Shown here: positions 18,413-28,303 of the stretch, in pieces | Position numbering within the stretch: the first letter of the stretch is position 1 | Layout: each line of letters begins with the position of its first letter | DNA from: Candidatus Peregrinibacteria bacterium | GTDB lineage: Bacteria; Patescibacteriota; Gracilibacteria; UBA1369 | Direction of reading: 5' to 3' | Length of the DNA stretch: 64,000 nucleotides | NCBI GenBank assembly: GCA_963708185.1 | Contig: OY970195.1 | Location: 160,001 to 224,000, forward strand | Notes under the pieces: model-generated | Told to the model about the DNA's origin: nothing | Databases searched by the model: none | Seen by the model: the letters and a program-made list of their open reading frames with translations, nothing else | Translations under genes and position numbers: made by a program

Positions 18413-19219
18413 ATGATTCAGCAACCGCACAATCAGGTTTCAAGGTCTCATGAACAGGATTCACGAACATTGGATGCTTTGACAGGCGTTCCCTCGAACG
18501 TGAACGGACGAAAGGTCCATGGCGTTCGCAGCCGCACCCAGGCCGCCATGCGTAAGCTTTTTGCCGTAGCGGGATTTTCCGCTCCGGTTATTTTAGCGGC
18601 TTCCACCTCGCTCGGGGCTTGCGGTCTGGAAGAAGGCGGTTTGCTTTTTCCGGATGACGGCTCGGCTGACGCTGCCCAGGAAAGTACCGTCTTTGAAGCA
18701 GGGAATCCCGACAGCGAAGCTCAGGATGCAGATGCTCAGGTTCTTCCAGACGCCGATGCGGACGACGGAGAGGCTGCCGCAGATTCATCCGCCGATGCGC
18801 CAGCTGATGTCGTTGATGCCGGACCGGTTGCGGGTCTTTCCAATGATGCTGACAAGAATAACTGCATCCATTGGTTGACCGAACAGCTCGGCACCACACT
18901 TTCCTACGACGCAGACAACCACACCTGTCTCTCAAAGCCTTTGGGGAATATTCCCGTCGGTTCGGGACAGGCGATTTATTTCTGGTCCAAGGACGCTCCG
19001 AATATGGATAAAATCGGATTTTCCACTGCGGTGGCTCCGAAAGACTATTCCACCAAATGCAGCACTTATTCCGTTCCGCCGAACAAGGCTGAAATGGAAA
19101 GTGAGGTTTTTACAAGCGGTTATTTTAGCACCTCCAACACCGCTTCTCTTCCGAACGTTGTTTTGACCGGCGGTTCTTGTCCGAACGGTAGTGATTTCAT
19201 CATCAATCTTGCTCCTTAA
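18413..19219 (+). CDS. putative lipoprotein, paralog 2
   Basis: LGAC lipobox-like site (Cys70), Asp/Ala linker, same C-terminal domain. Confidence 0.8.
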   Translation: MIQQPHNQVSRSHEQDSRTLDALTGVPSNVNGRKVHGVRSRTQAAMRKLFAVAGFSAPVILAASTSLGACGLEEGGLLFPDDGSADAAQESTVFEAGNPDSEAQDADAQVLPDADADDGEAAADSSADAPADVVDAGPVAGLSNDADKNNCIHWLTEQLGTTLSYDADNHTCLSKPLGNIPVGSGQAIYFWSKDAPNMDKIGFSTAVAPKDYSTKCSTYSVPPNKAEMESEVFTSGYFSTSNTASLPNVVLTGGSCPNGSDFIINLAP

Positions 19220-19254
19220 CTTTTTTTCCCTTTATCTCTTTTTCACTTTTTTTC

Positions 19255-20187
19255 ATGAATCTTCAAAGAAATTCACTCAATGCGTTATCGGAACGGAGCC
19301 AGCAAAAGGCAACTTCAAGGCCCTCCACGGAAGCGGGGGGGAAGTGTTATAATCTTTGCAACGGGGTTCGCCGCAAAATCAACAGTGCCGTTTCCATCGG
19401 AGCACTGGTCGGTATCGCGGCCACCGCTTCAACTGAGCAGGCCTGCATGTATGATTTTGATCAGTTTATTGCCTGTGGAGACACCAACAAGGATCCAAGA
19501 TGTCAGGAACCCACAGGGTCCAGCTCTTCCGGTGAAGGCGGAGCTCCTTTAACAACGAGTGTTTCGTCGGCGGAAAGCGCTGGCGGTATGTCCACTTCGT
19601 CAGTCTCCTCCGGTATTGGAGGAATGGGAGGAATGAATGCCGTCGGCGGTGCCGGCGGAACGGGTGGAAACGGTGGCGCCGGAGGAATGGAAACATCGTC
19701 CAGTGTTGTTTCGAGCAGCAGCAGCGTTGTTTCGAGCAGCAGCAGCGTTGTTTCGAGCAGCAGCAGCAGCACCGGTTCGGGCGGCGGCGGTCCTCTGGGC
19801 CAGCTTTCCGACTCTTCCGGAGACAACGAATGCATCCACTGGCTGACCTCCACGCTCGGCACGACCCAGAATTTCGCATCCGACAACAATGTTTGCGACC
19901 CGAAACCTCTCGGCGACATTCCTCTCTCTCAAAACGAGAGTTTGTATGTCTGGTCAAAAGATCCGGCTTCGAACGATCACGTGAAGTTTATCCTTCAGGG
20001 AGGACTTACGCCGACCCAGATATCCACGAAATGCAGTACCTATTCCACTCCTCCGAATAAATTGCAAATGGAGGGAGAGCTTTTTTCCGGAGGGTATTCA
20101 AATATCTCCAGCATGGGCGTTCTTCCCGACGTTGAATTGTCAAATTCGAGTTGCCCCAACGGAGCGGCTTTCGTCGTCCAGTTCTAG
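19255..20187 (+). CDS. putative lipoprotein, paralog 3
   Basis: EQAC (Cys64), Gly/Ser-rich linker (GGAGGTGGNGGAGG, poly-Ser), same C-terminal domain. Confidence 0.8.
   Translation: MNLQRNSLNALSERSQQKATSRPSTEAGGKCYNLCNGVRRKINSAVSIGALVGIAATASTEQACMYDFDQFIACGDTNKDPRCQEPTGSSSSGEGGAPLTTSVSSAESAGGMSTSSVSSGIGGMGGMNAVGGAGGTGGNGGAGGMETSSSVVSSSSSVVSSSSSVVSSSSSSTGSGGGGPLGQLSDSSGDNECIHWLTSTLGTTQNFASDNNVCDPKPLGDIPLSQNESLYVWSKDPASNDHVKFILQGGLTPTQISTKCSTYSTPPNKLQMEGELFSGGYSNISSMGVLPDVELSNSSCPNGAAFVVQF
19705..19767 (+). repeat. in-frame tandem repeat, 3 x 21 bp (VVSSSSS)
   Basis: GTTGTTTCGAGCAGCAGCAGC at 19705, 19726 and 19747. Confidence 0.9.
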
Positions 20188-20207
20188 CTGACATAACGTT
20201 AAGATGC

Positions 20208-20251
20208 TTGCAAGACGGCGCTCTGGGTATATAATCCACAGGCGCCGTCTT
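20208..20251 (+). promoter_or_regulatory. galE promoter overlapped by an inverted repeat (possible terminator of the upstream operon)
   Basis: TTGCAA-N16-TATAAT. AAGACGGCGC (20212-20221) and GCGCCGTCTT (20242-20251) form a perfect inverted repeat. Confidence 0.55.
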
Positions 20252-20263
20252 TGTTTATACCGT

Positions 20264-21289
20264 ATGGAAAACACTACTTCATCAAAACAACGACATATCG
20301 TGGTTACGGGGGGAGCCGGCTATATCGGTTCCCACGCGGTCCGCGCACTTGTTTCAAAAGGATATCGGGTGACCGTCCTGGATAATCTTTCCAAGGGGCA
20401 TCGCGAAGCCGTTGATCCCAAGGCGCGTTTCGTGGAAATGGACCTGGCGGATGCCAAAACGTTAACCGCGTTTTTTCAACAGGGAAAGGTCGACGGGGTG
20501 ATGCATTTTGCCGGGTTGATCGAAGTCGGACTTTCGATGAAGGAGCCCGCCAGATTTTTTGAGAGCAATGTGGTGAACGGCGTGCATCTCCTGGAAGCTA
20601 TGAGGTCGGCCGGTGTTCGCACGATGATTTTCTCATCAACCGCTGCGGTGTATGGAAATCCTAAGCTTACCCCGATCGTTGAGGACGCCGAGCTTGATCA
20701 GACCAATTTTTACGGCCAGTCCAAGTATTTTTTTGAAGAAATTTTGAAAAAGTATGATGCTTTTTTCGGCTTCCGTTTCGCAGCCTTGCGCTATTTCAAC
20801 GCCGCCGGAGCCGATCCGAGCGGTGAGATCGGGCAGGATTATGAACCTTCGACCCATATCGTGCCGAGAGTCCTGCAGTACGCACTCGGGAAGATAAAAG
20901 ATTTTAAGATTTACGGTGAGGATTTCCCGACTCCGGACGGAACGTGCATTCGAGATTACGTTCACGTCAATGATCTCGTCGATGCCCATCTGCTTGCCCT
21001 CGAGTATTTATTTAACGGCGGAAAAAGCGATGCGTTCAATCTTGGGAACGGGAAAGGGTTTTCGGTCAAGGAGGTCATTGAGACGGCTCGGAAAGTCACG
21101 GGGCTGCCGCTTCCAGTGGAGGTCGGTCCGCGCAGGGAAGGGGACCCGGCTATTCTCGTGGCAGATTCGGTCAAAGCGAAGCAGGTCCTGGGATGGGAAC
21201 CGAAACTTTTTAAACTTGGAGACATCGTTGGGACGGCCTGGAAATGGCATCAGAACCATCCGAACGGTTATGCTTCTTCTAAGCAGTGA
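20264..21289 (+). CDS. galE: UDP-glucose 4-epimerase
   Basis: VTGGAGYIGSH, HFAG, FSSTAAVYG, YGQSK, RYFNAAGA, DGTCIRDYVHV. Start at MENTT. Confidence 0.96.
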   Translation: MENTTSSKQRHIVVTGGAGYIGSHAVRALVSKGYRVTVLDNLSKGHREAVDPKARFVEMDLADAKTLTAFFQQGKVDGVMHFAGLIEVGLSMKEPARFFESNVVNGVHLLEAMRSAGVRTMIFSSTAAVYGNPKLTPIVEDAELDQTNFYGQSKYFFEEILKKYDAFFGFRFAALRYFNAAGADPSGEIGQDYEPSTHIVPRVLQYALGKIKDFKIYGEDFPTPDGTCIRDYVHVNDLVDAHLLALEYLFNGGKSDAFNLGNGKGFSVKEVIETARKVTGLPLPVEVGPRREGDPAILVADSVKAKQVLGWEPKLFKLGDIVGTAWKWHQNHPNGYASSKQ

Positions 21290-21563
21290 TTCCGCTGAGC
21301 AGCGAAAAAACCACGGTCTTTGCTATGAAAATGATGAGCAGATAGAAGATGCTAGAAGCCAGAACCCCCATACTCAGTGCGCGGATAATTTCGTTGTCCT
21401 GGAATTTTTTCCAGCAAATAAATCCCGCAACGATGTTGATGCCGAGTTCTAGGACGGCGACGATTTGAAAACCAAGCGCTGACGTTAAAAGCATCACTGC
21501 CAGAACGAAGACGAGGAGGGCGGCAAGTGCTCCGATAACGCCGAAAAGGATTTTGTTGAACAT
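21279..21563 (-). CDS. small 3-TM hypothetical membrane protein
   Basis: 94-aa hydrophobic ORF starting 10 nt after the secA stop. Confidence 0.65.
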   Translation of the reverse strand: MFNKILFGVIGALAALLVFVLAVMLLTSALGFQIVAVLELGINIVAGFICWKKFQDNEIIRALSMGVLASSIFYLLIIFIAKTVVFSLLSGITA

Positions 21564-21573
21564 GGGCGTATGA

Positions 21574-24282
21574 TTAAGCGGCGCCGTGGCATTTTTTATA
21601 CTTTTTTCCGCTGCCGCAAGGGCAGGGGTCGTTGCGGCCGACTTCAGGCTGTTGTTTCTCGGGAGCCGTTGTCGTTGCTTTGACGACGACGGGATTTCCG
21701 CTTTGAGGATGCGCCGTTGACGTCGTTACGCTTCCAGCAACCGGAGTGCTTGAAGCTTCGACGATGTTCGAACCGTGTTTGTGTCCTGAAAGGACCTCTT
21801 CAATCTGGTCTTCGTTGGTTTTGAGTGCTGCAGGTTCGGCGGTTCCAAGCCGGAGGAACTGTTCGGGCAGTTGTTTCTTGAAGTCCACCTTGAAGATGGT
21901 GCCGATGGTATTGGCCTGGATGTCGTTGAGAAGTTTGGAAAACATTTCGAACGCTTCCTCCTTGTAGGAGATAAGGGGATCGCGTTGTCCGTAACCGCGG
22001 AGCGATACGGCTTCGCGAAGATGCTGCATATTGTCGATGTGCTCCATCCATAACGTGTCGATGACATTGAGGTAGACGCCGCGCTCGATCTGGCGCATGA
22101 CAGCCGGTTCTTTGAGCAGTTTTTCTTTCTCTTCGTATTCGCGGAAAAGATACATTTTTACTTCTTCGATGAGGTCTTCGCGGACGGCATGTTTTTCAAG
22201 GTCGGCAAGAGAGATCGGCGTTACAGGGTCGCGATGAATGGCATTGATGTCATTGAGGATTTCCTGATAGTTCCAACCAATATGTTCGCCGTCGCGATGT
22301 TCGGCGGTATGGATCATGACGATTTTTTCCACCTCTTTTTCGACAAGGACGATGATGTCGTTCTTGATGTTGTCGCTGTGGAGGACCTTGCGGCGCCTCG
22401 AGTAGATGATCTCACGATGTTTGTTCATGACGTCGTCGTACTCCACGAGATGTTTGCGGATGTCAAAGTTGCGGCCTTCAACCTTTTTCTGGGCGCTTTC
22501 GATGGAGTTGCTGATCCATTTGTTCTGGATGGGCATTTCATCGGGAACTTTCATGGTTTCCATGACGCTCTGGATCCGTTCTGCACCGAACAAGCGCATA
22601 AGATCGTCTTCCATCGAGACGTAGAATTGGCTCATACCCGGATCTCCCTGACGTCCGGAGCGGCCGCGGAGCTGGTTATCGATACGGCGGGACTCATGGC
22701 GTTCCGTGCCGATGACGACGAGACCGCCGAGGCCTGTGACGCCTTCACCGAGTTTGATGTCCGTACCGCGGCCCGCCATATTGGTGGCGATGGTGACCGC
22801 TCCTTTTTGCCCGGCTTTTGCGACGATTTCAGCTTCGCGTTCATGGTATTTCGCGTTCAATACGTTGTGAGGCACTCCTTCCATGCTTAAAAGCTTACTC
22901 ATAACTTCCGATTTTTCGATGGAGATGGTGCCGATGAGCACCGGTTGGCCTTTGTCGTGGAATTCTTTGACTTTCTTGGCCACGGAAAGATATTTTCCTT
23001 TCTGGTTTTTATAAACCATGTCTGCGGCGTCGTCACGGACGATGGGTTTGTTCGTCGGTATGACCATGGTTTCCAATCCGTAGATCTGCAGGAACTCTTC
23101 CGCTTCGGTCTGCGCGGTACCGGTCATGCCGGCGAGTTTCTTGAAGAGGCGGAAGTAGTTCTGGAAGGTGATAGTGGCGAACGTTTTACTTTCACGTTTG
23201 ACCTCGACTCCTTCTTTGGCTTCGATGGCCTGGTGGAGGCCGTCGGAGTAGCGGCGGCCGGCCATGAGACGGCCGGTAAATTCGTCGACGATGATGATTT
23301 CGCCGTCTTTGACGACGTAATCGATATCGTTTTTGTAGACAGTCTGCGCTTTGAGCGCTTGTTCGAGGTGATGGACTTCCATAAAACCGGCGTCGGTGTA
23401 GATGTTGTCCACCCCCATGAGCTGTTCCATTTTGGCGATCCCGGCTTCGGTCAGGGTCGCGGCTTTGAGTTTTTCATCGATCTCGTAATCCTTGTTTTCT
23501 TCGAGTTGTTTGACGAGCTGTGAATAACGTACGTACTTGGTGGTGGACTCCTCCCCCGGAGAAGATATGATGAGCGGAGTTCTGGCTTCGTCGATCAAAA
23601 TCGAGTCGACTTCATCGACGATGGCGTAATGCAGATCGCGCTGGACGATGTTTTCCACGTTCTGGGACATGTTGTCGCGCAGGTAGTCAAAGCCGTACTC
23701 GTTGTTGGTTCCGTAGGTGATGTCGGCCTGGTACGCGGCTTTTTTCTCCCCGCGAGGCTGGTCGTGGATGATGACGCCCACGCTCATGCCCAGGGCTCTG
23801 TAAAGACCGCCCATCCATTCGGCATCGCGCTGAGCCAGGTAGTCGTTGACCGTGACGACGTGGACACCCTTTCCGGTCAAAGCGTTCAAATAGACGGGAA
23901 AGGTACACACGAAAGTCTTTCCTTCACCTGTACGCATTTCGGCGATTTTCCCCTGGTGAAGGACGATACCTCCCAAAATCTGGACGTCAAAAGGAATGAT
24001 ATCCCAGTTGATCTCATTGCCGCGCACTTCCCATTTTTTCCCTACAAGTTTGCGTGAGGCGAATTTCACGAGCGCAAAGGCTTCCGGGAGCAGTGTTTCA
24101 ATGTCTTCTCCGTCTTGGAGACGTTTTTTGAACTCTTCGGTCTTTTTGACGATGTCTTCCTCATTCATGGATTGCTGGTAGTCCAGCTCGATCCTGTTGA
24201 TCTTTTCCACGAGCGGCCAGATTTTTTTGAGTTCTTTTTCGTTAGGATCACCAAGGATCTTGTTGATAATCTTGTGAATCAT
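21574..24282 (-). CDS. secA: preprotein translocase subunit SecA
   Basis: [70 protein letters not shown]. Confidence 0.98.
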   Translation of the reverse strand: MIHKIINKILGDPNEKELKKIWPLVEKINRIELDYQQSMNEEDIVKKTEEFKKRLQDGEDIETLLPEAFALVKFASRKLVGKKWEVRGNEINWDIIPFDVQILGGIVLHQGKIAEMRTGEGKTFVCTFPVYLNALTGKGVHVVTVNDYLAQRDAEWMGGLYRALGMSVGVIIHDQPRGEKKAAYQADITYGTNNEYGFDYLRDNMSQNVENIVQRDLHYAIVDEVDSILIDEARTPLIISSPGEESTTKYVRYSQLVKQLEENKDYEIDEKLKAATLTEAGIAKMEQLMGVDNIYTDAGFMEVHHLEQALKAQTVYKNDIDYVVKDGEIIIVDEFTGRLMAGRRYSDGLHQAIEAKEGVEVKRESKTFATITFQNYFRLFKKLAGMTGTAQTEAEEFLQIYGLETMVIPTNKPIVRDDAADMVYKNQKGKYLSVAKKVKEFHDKGQPVLIGTISIEKSEVMSKLLSMEGVPHNVLNAKYHEREAEIVAKAGQKGAVTIATNMAGRGTDIKLGEGVTGLGGLVVIGTERHESRRIDNQLRGRSGRQGDPGMSQFYVSMEDDLMRLFGAERIQSVMETMKVPDEMPIQNKWISNSIESAQKKVEGRNFDIRKHLVEYDDVMNKHREIIYSRRRKVLHSDNIKNDIIVLVEKEVEKIVMIHTAEHRDGEHIGWNYQEILNDINAIHRDPVTPISLADLEKHAVREDLIEEVKMYLFREYEEKEKLLKEPAVMRQIERGVYLNVIDTLWMEHIDNMQHLREAVSLRGYGQRDPLISYKEEAFEMFSKLLNDIQANTIGTIFKVDFKKQLPEQFLRLGTAEPAALKTNEDQIEEVLSGHKHGSNIVEASSTPVAGSVTTSTAHPQSGNPVVVKATTTAPEKQQPEVGRNDPCPCGSGKKYKKCHGAA

Positions 24283-24352
24283 AATTTTTGGAGTTCAAGC
24301 GCACGAAACAGTCTAGTGGAGTTTGTTTCTTTAGGCAATCCCAGTTCGGCTG

Positions 24353-25797
24353 CTATTCCTGGTATCCTTTGAATAAAACACCGACGGTCTTGAAGAGAAT
24401 GACGATATCAAGCCATGGGGACCAGTGTTCGATATAGTAGGTGTCGAGACGCACCTCTTCTTCGAAGTTGAGGTCACTGCGGCCGCTGATCTGGGCCATG
24501 CCGGTGATGCCGGGCTTGATGGCCAGGACAAATTTGTGGTGTTTCTGGTATTTGGCGACCTCTTCGGGCAAATGCGGGCGGGGCCCACGAGGCTCATTTC
24601 GCCTTTGAGTACGTTTATGAGCTGCGGCAGTTCGTCGATACTCGTTTTTCTTAAAAATCTCCCCACCCTCGTCACTCGCGGATCGTCCTTGATTTTGACG
24701 AGCGGGGAACCGTCGCGGGTGTTGTGTTTGGCCAGTTCTGTATAACGGAGGTTATGCGTATTGGGGTACATGGTGCGGAATTTGTAGAAGTTGAAGAGCC
24801 TGCCGTGTTCACCGACCCGCTTGACGCGGCTGCCGTCATCCAGAAACTTGAAAAAAACCGTTCCTTTGGAGTCCAGCTTGATGGCGATGGCGGCGATGAG
24901 CAGCACCGGCGAGAGGATCGTAAGACCAAGCAGCGAACCGACGATATCGAAGATCCTTTTGGTGACTTTTCCCCAGCCGTCGAGCGGCGTCGGTTTGAGT
25001 TTGATCACGGGAATATCGCCCCAGGTCTCGGTGTCGATGTTCGTCTGCTGCATTTCCAGCAGATCAGGAACGAAGTTGAACGCGATGTGATGTTCCCTGC
25101 AAAAGGCCAGGAGGTCGCTGCCTTCGTGATGGCCGAGATTCGCTTTGGTCTGTATGATCTCTTCGACGTGATATTTCCGGAAGAGGTGGTCGAGGTCGTC
25201 CAAGGTCCCGAGATAATGAAAATGTTTTTCGTCCTCTCCTTTTTGGCTGTCGACATAGCCAATGACATGATAACTGATGTCTTTGGCGAATTCAGCGGCG
25301 AGCCGTCTGGTGATGGCGGTGTGTCCGACGAAAAGTACGGGTTTTTTGCCGATGCCGGCCTGGAGCGTCAGGTATTGGATGACGCGGATGAGCAGTCTGC
25401 CCCCGGCGATGAAGACGATAGAAAGGAACCAGGTGTAGATGATGGCCAGACGGGAGAAGGGGAAGGTCCTGATAAGGAAGAAGTAGGCAATGATGGCCAT
25501 GAGCCACATCGACGTGGCGATAATGATCTGTTTGATCTCCCTGCTGATGCGGAAGGTGGCTTTCAGGGAGTACATTCGCCGCAGCGTGAAAATCAACACG
25601 AGGAAAATCGCGGCGATGACGCTGAAACGGACGTATTCATCCAGGGGAGGGAAGGAGCCGACGTCAAAAGGCAGGTTGATCCCCGGAATGAATCCGCTGA
25701 TGGAACGAATGCGATATGCCAGCAGAAAGGCGAGCAGCGTCATCAGAAAATCCGAAGGGATGCGGATGATGCCAAATGCGATTTCGGAGGGTTTCAT
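24353..25797 (-). CDS. exopolysaccharide biosynthesis polyprenyl glycosylphosphotransferase (WcaJ/WbaP-like), frameshifted near 24580
   Basis: [33 protein letters not shown]. Adding one C restores [13 protein letters not shown] and joins the [16 protein letters not shown] ending at 24353. Confidence 0.9.
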
Positions 25798-25830
25798 GCT
25801 TGAAGATCAAAAGCAGAGCTTCATTGTTGA

Positions 25831-26180
25831 TTTTACCAGATCATAAGCCGAGTTCTGTCCCCGAAGGGGTGATCATCTCTCTTGTCCTGCCATTGCTGGC
25901 AGGATCATGCGGCGAGAAGCTTTGGACTGAGGAACGCAGTTTGTCCCAACGCTTCCATCTCACCTTGCACCGGATAGGGTTTGCCTTCGCTCTCCGTCAC
26001 CGGAGGCGACCCTACTGAACATAGGGCGTTTCACCTTTCATGCGTCTCTGTGGCACTTTCCGTCACTGCAGTTTGAAGCTGCAGCGCGCTCCCGTTAGGA
26101 GTTATCCTGTTCCTTGGTGCTCGGACTTTCCTCTCCGGTCCCTCTTTTGAAGGGGGCGGAGCGATCACTCACTGGTAAAA
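25831..26180 (-). ncRNA. rnpB: RNase P RNA (bacterial)
   Basis: Minus strand has GAGGAAAGTCCG (CR-I) and ACAGAACTCGGCTTA (CR-V), with complementary termini TTTTACCAG/CTGGTAAAA forming P1. Confidence 0.93.
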
Positions 26181-26267
26181 GCAGGCTTATTGTAGAGCAA
26201 AGCTCTTGGGAAGCAAAGGGAATTTGACTGAATTATAAAATTTTGGTGTAGTCATGCAGTCAGCAAG

Positions 26268-26291
26268 AAAAAACACTCCCGGAGGAGTGTT
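26268..26291 (-). terminator. intrinsic terminator downstream of the TPR gene
   Basis: AACACTCC-N4-GGAGTGTT stem followed by a U-tract on the minus strand. Confidence 0.65.
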
Positions 26292-26315
26292 CATTTTACG
26301 GATTGAATTTTCATA

Positions 26316-26927
26316 CTAGCTGTTTCTATGCTTGAGTCTTTTGTACTCTTTCTGGAAGAATCTCACCGCGTTCAAACATTCTCGGGCTTTTTCGTTGTTC
26401 GGTTCAATGTCGAGGAGTTTTTTGAAGAGTACGGCTGAACGTTCGAAGTTTTTGTCGTTCAAGTGACAGATGCCCAGGTCGCTCAAAATGAGAGGATCGT
26501 TTTTGCTTAAATTGAGGGCGCGTTCCAGAATGATGATGCCGCGTTTCTTCTGGCCCTCGTGGAAGATGGACCAGCCGAGGCAGCGCAAGATTTCCGGATG
26601 GTTGGGCTGGATGTCGTCGGATTTTTCAAGATATTCGATGGATTTTTTCCAACTTCCCAACGCTGAATAGACAAACCCGAGGAGGTAGTTACCGTTGGCA
26701 CTGCGAGGATGAAGCTGGAGACCTCTTTGGAGGGCCTTTTTGGCCTTTTCGTACTGGCGCATGCTTAAATAGTTGTCGCCGATCTCTTCGTAGGCTTCAA
26801 TACAGTTCAGATCGTTCGTCAGGATCTTTTCACAGATCTTGATGGCGTCTGAGTGCTGTCCCTGCATTTTTTTACGGTCGGCTTCTTCAAGCAAAAGCTC
26901 GACGTCGTTTTTTTTGGGGTCCTGCAT
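26316..26927 (-). CDS. tetratricopeptide repeat protein
   Basis: Consecutive TPR units (AYEEIGDNY, YLLGFVY, LRCLGW, LSDLGIC). Confidence 0.88.
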   Translation of the reverse strand: MQDPKKNDVELLLEEADRKKMQGQHSDAIKICEKILTNDLNCIEAYEEIGDNYLSMRQYEKAKKALQRGLQLHPRSANGNYLLGFVYSALGSWKKSIEYLEKSDDIQPNHPEILRCLGWSIFHEGQKKRGIIILERALNLSKNDPLILSDLGICHLNDKNFERSAVLFKKLLDIEPNNEKARECLNAVRFFQKEYKRLKHRNS

Positions 26928-27000
26928 TTTGTTTTTGTTTTGGGGCTGTCGGCCGGAATACGTAACTGAACTGAATCAGAAAATTATATCTTTTTTTTGA

Positions 27001-27867
27001 CTACAAATCAAGAGACTTGAGATACTTTCTCAGAGGAGGGCCAAGATCCTTGCGTTTCAGCGCAAAATCGATGCCTGCGGTGAGGAGTCCCAGCTTGGTT
27101 CCTGTGTCGTATCGTTTGCCTTCGACCTCGTAGCCGTAGATTTTTCTTTTTTTCTGGAGCTGCATGAACCCGTCGATGAGACGGATCTCTCCGCTGTGGC
27201 TGGGTTTGGCTTTTTCCAGGGCTTCCAGGACGTCCGGGGTGACAACATATTTGCCGATGATGGCGAGGTCCGAAGGTGCCTGCGATGGTTTGGGTTTTTC
27301 GATGAGCCGGTCGACTTCATGAAGTCTTCCTTTGGACCATTTTGCTTTGATCATGCCGTAATTTTCGCTTTCTTTTTTATCGATGCGCTGGAGAGCCATG
27401 ACGCTTGAACCGGTTTTTTCGTAGACGTTCATGAGTTGTTTGATGGCCGGGATTTTGAAATCCACGATGTCATCTCCGAAAAGCACGACGAACGGTTCGT
27501 TGCCCACCACCTCTTTGGCGCACAGGATGGCGTGACCGTCACCCAAAGGCATGGGCTGGCGCACGTAGACGAAGTTGGCCAGGTTGGCGATGTCGCGGAC
27601 TTCTTTTAATAAGGAGTGCTTTCCTTTTTCGACGAGGGTGTGTTCGAGTTCGAAGGAATAATCGAAATGGTCTTCGATGGAACGTTTGCCGCGACCGGTG
27701 ACGATGATGATTTCTTCAATGCCGGCGGCGACCGCTTCTTCCACCAAGTATTGGATGACAGGTTTGTCCACGATGGGGAGCATTTCTTTAGGCTGGGATT
27801 TGGTTACGGGAAGAAAACGCGTTCCAAAGCCGGCGGCCGGAAAAACAGCTTTTCGAATTTTTTGCAT
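27001..27867 (-). CDS. galU: UTP--glucose-1-phosphate uridylyltransferase
   Basis: AVFPAAGFGTRFLP.TK..PKEMLPIVDKP, Q.MPLGDGHA, EKP. Confidence 0.95.
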   Translation of the reverse strand: MQKIRKAVFPAAGFGTRFLPVTKSQPKEMLPIVDKPVIQYLVEEAVAAGIEEIIIVTGRGKRSIEDHFDYSFELEHTLVEKGKHSLLKEVRDIANLANFVYVRQPMPLGDGHAILCAKEVVGNEPFVVLFGDDIVDFKIPAIKQLMNVYEKTGSSVMALQRIDKKESENYGMIKAKWSKGRLHEVDRLIEKPKPSQAPSDLAIIGKYVVTPDVLEALEKAKPSHSGEIRLIDGFMQLQKKRKIYGYEVEGKRYDTGTKLGLLTAGIDFALKRKDLGPPLRKYLKSLDL

Positions 27868-27883
27868 AAAAATTAATCTAAGA

Positions 27884-28285
27884 TTATTCCGATTTGATGC
27901 GTATCAAACGAGTTTTGGTTCGTTCGGTGCGGGGTATGGAAATTTTGAGGACGGCGTCTTTCATGCTGGCGTTGATTTTACTGGTATCCGCGGAAGAGGG
28001 AAGGACGATGGACCGGGAAAAATCTCCCCAGAAACATTCCTGGGTGAGGTAGTCTTCGTCAGGGATGTTGAATTCGAGATAGCGTTTTCCTTTGATCGTC
28101 AGGACGTCCTCGGTCACGGTCACGCTGATGTCGTTCATTTTGACGCCGGCAATCGGGGCCACGATGACGATCTCGTTGGACGTCTGGTAAACGTCCAGTG
28201 CCAGCTGTCCTTCAATGTCTTCATCTTCTTCCACCGGGTCGACCTTGCGGATGGGCTGTTTTTGGAGAGGCATTTTTGACGCCAT
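27884..28285 (-). CDS. small heat shock protein (Hsp20/alpha-crystallin)
   Basis: LDVYQT, APIAGV, LTIKG.R, ECFWGDFSRSIVLP, A.MKDAVLKISIP. Confidence 0.92.
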   Translation of the reverse strand: MASKMPLQKQPIRKVDPVEEDEDIEGQLALDVYQTSNEIVIVAPIAGVKMNDISVTVTEDVLTIKGKRYLEFNIPDEDYLTQECFWGDFSRSIVLPSSADTSKINASMKDAVLKISIPRTERTKTRLIRIKSE

Positions 28286-28303
28286 GGGTGTATGGATAAG
28301 TGT

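Noticed and set aside
19705-19767. CRISPR-like repeat
   Set aside because: The copies are contiguous without spacers and in frame within a CDS, and there are no cas genes.
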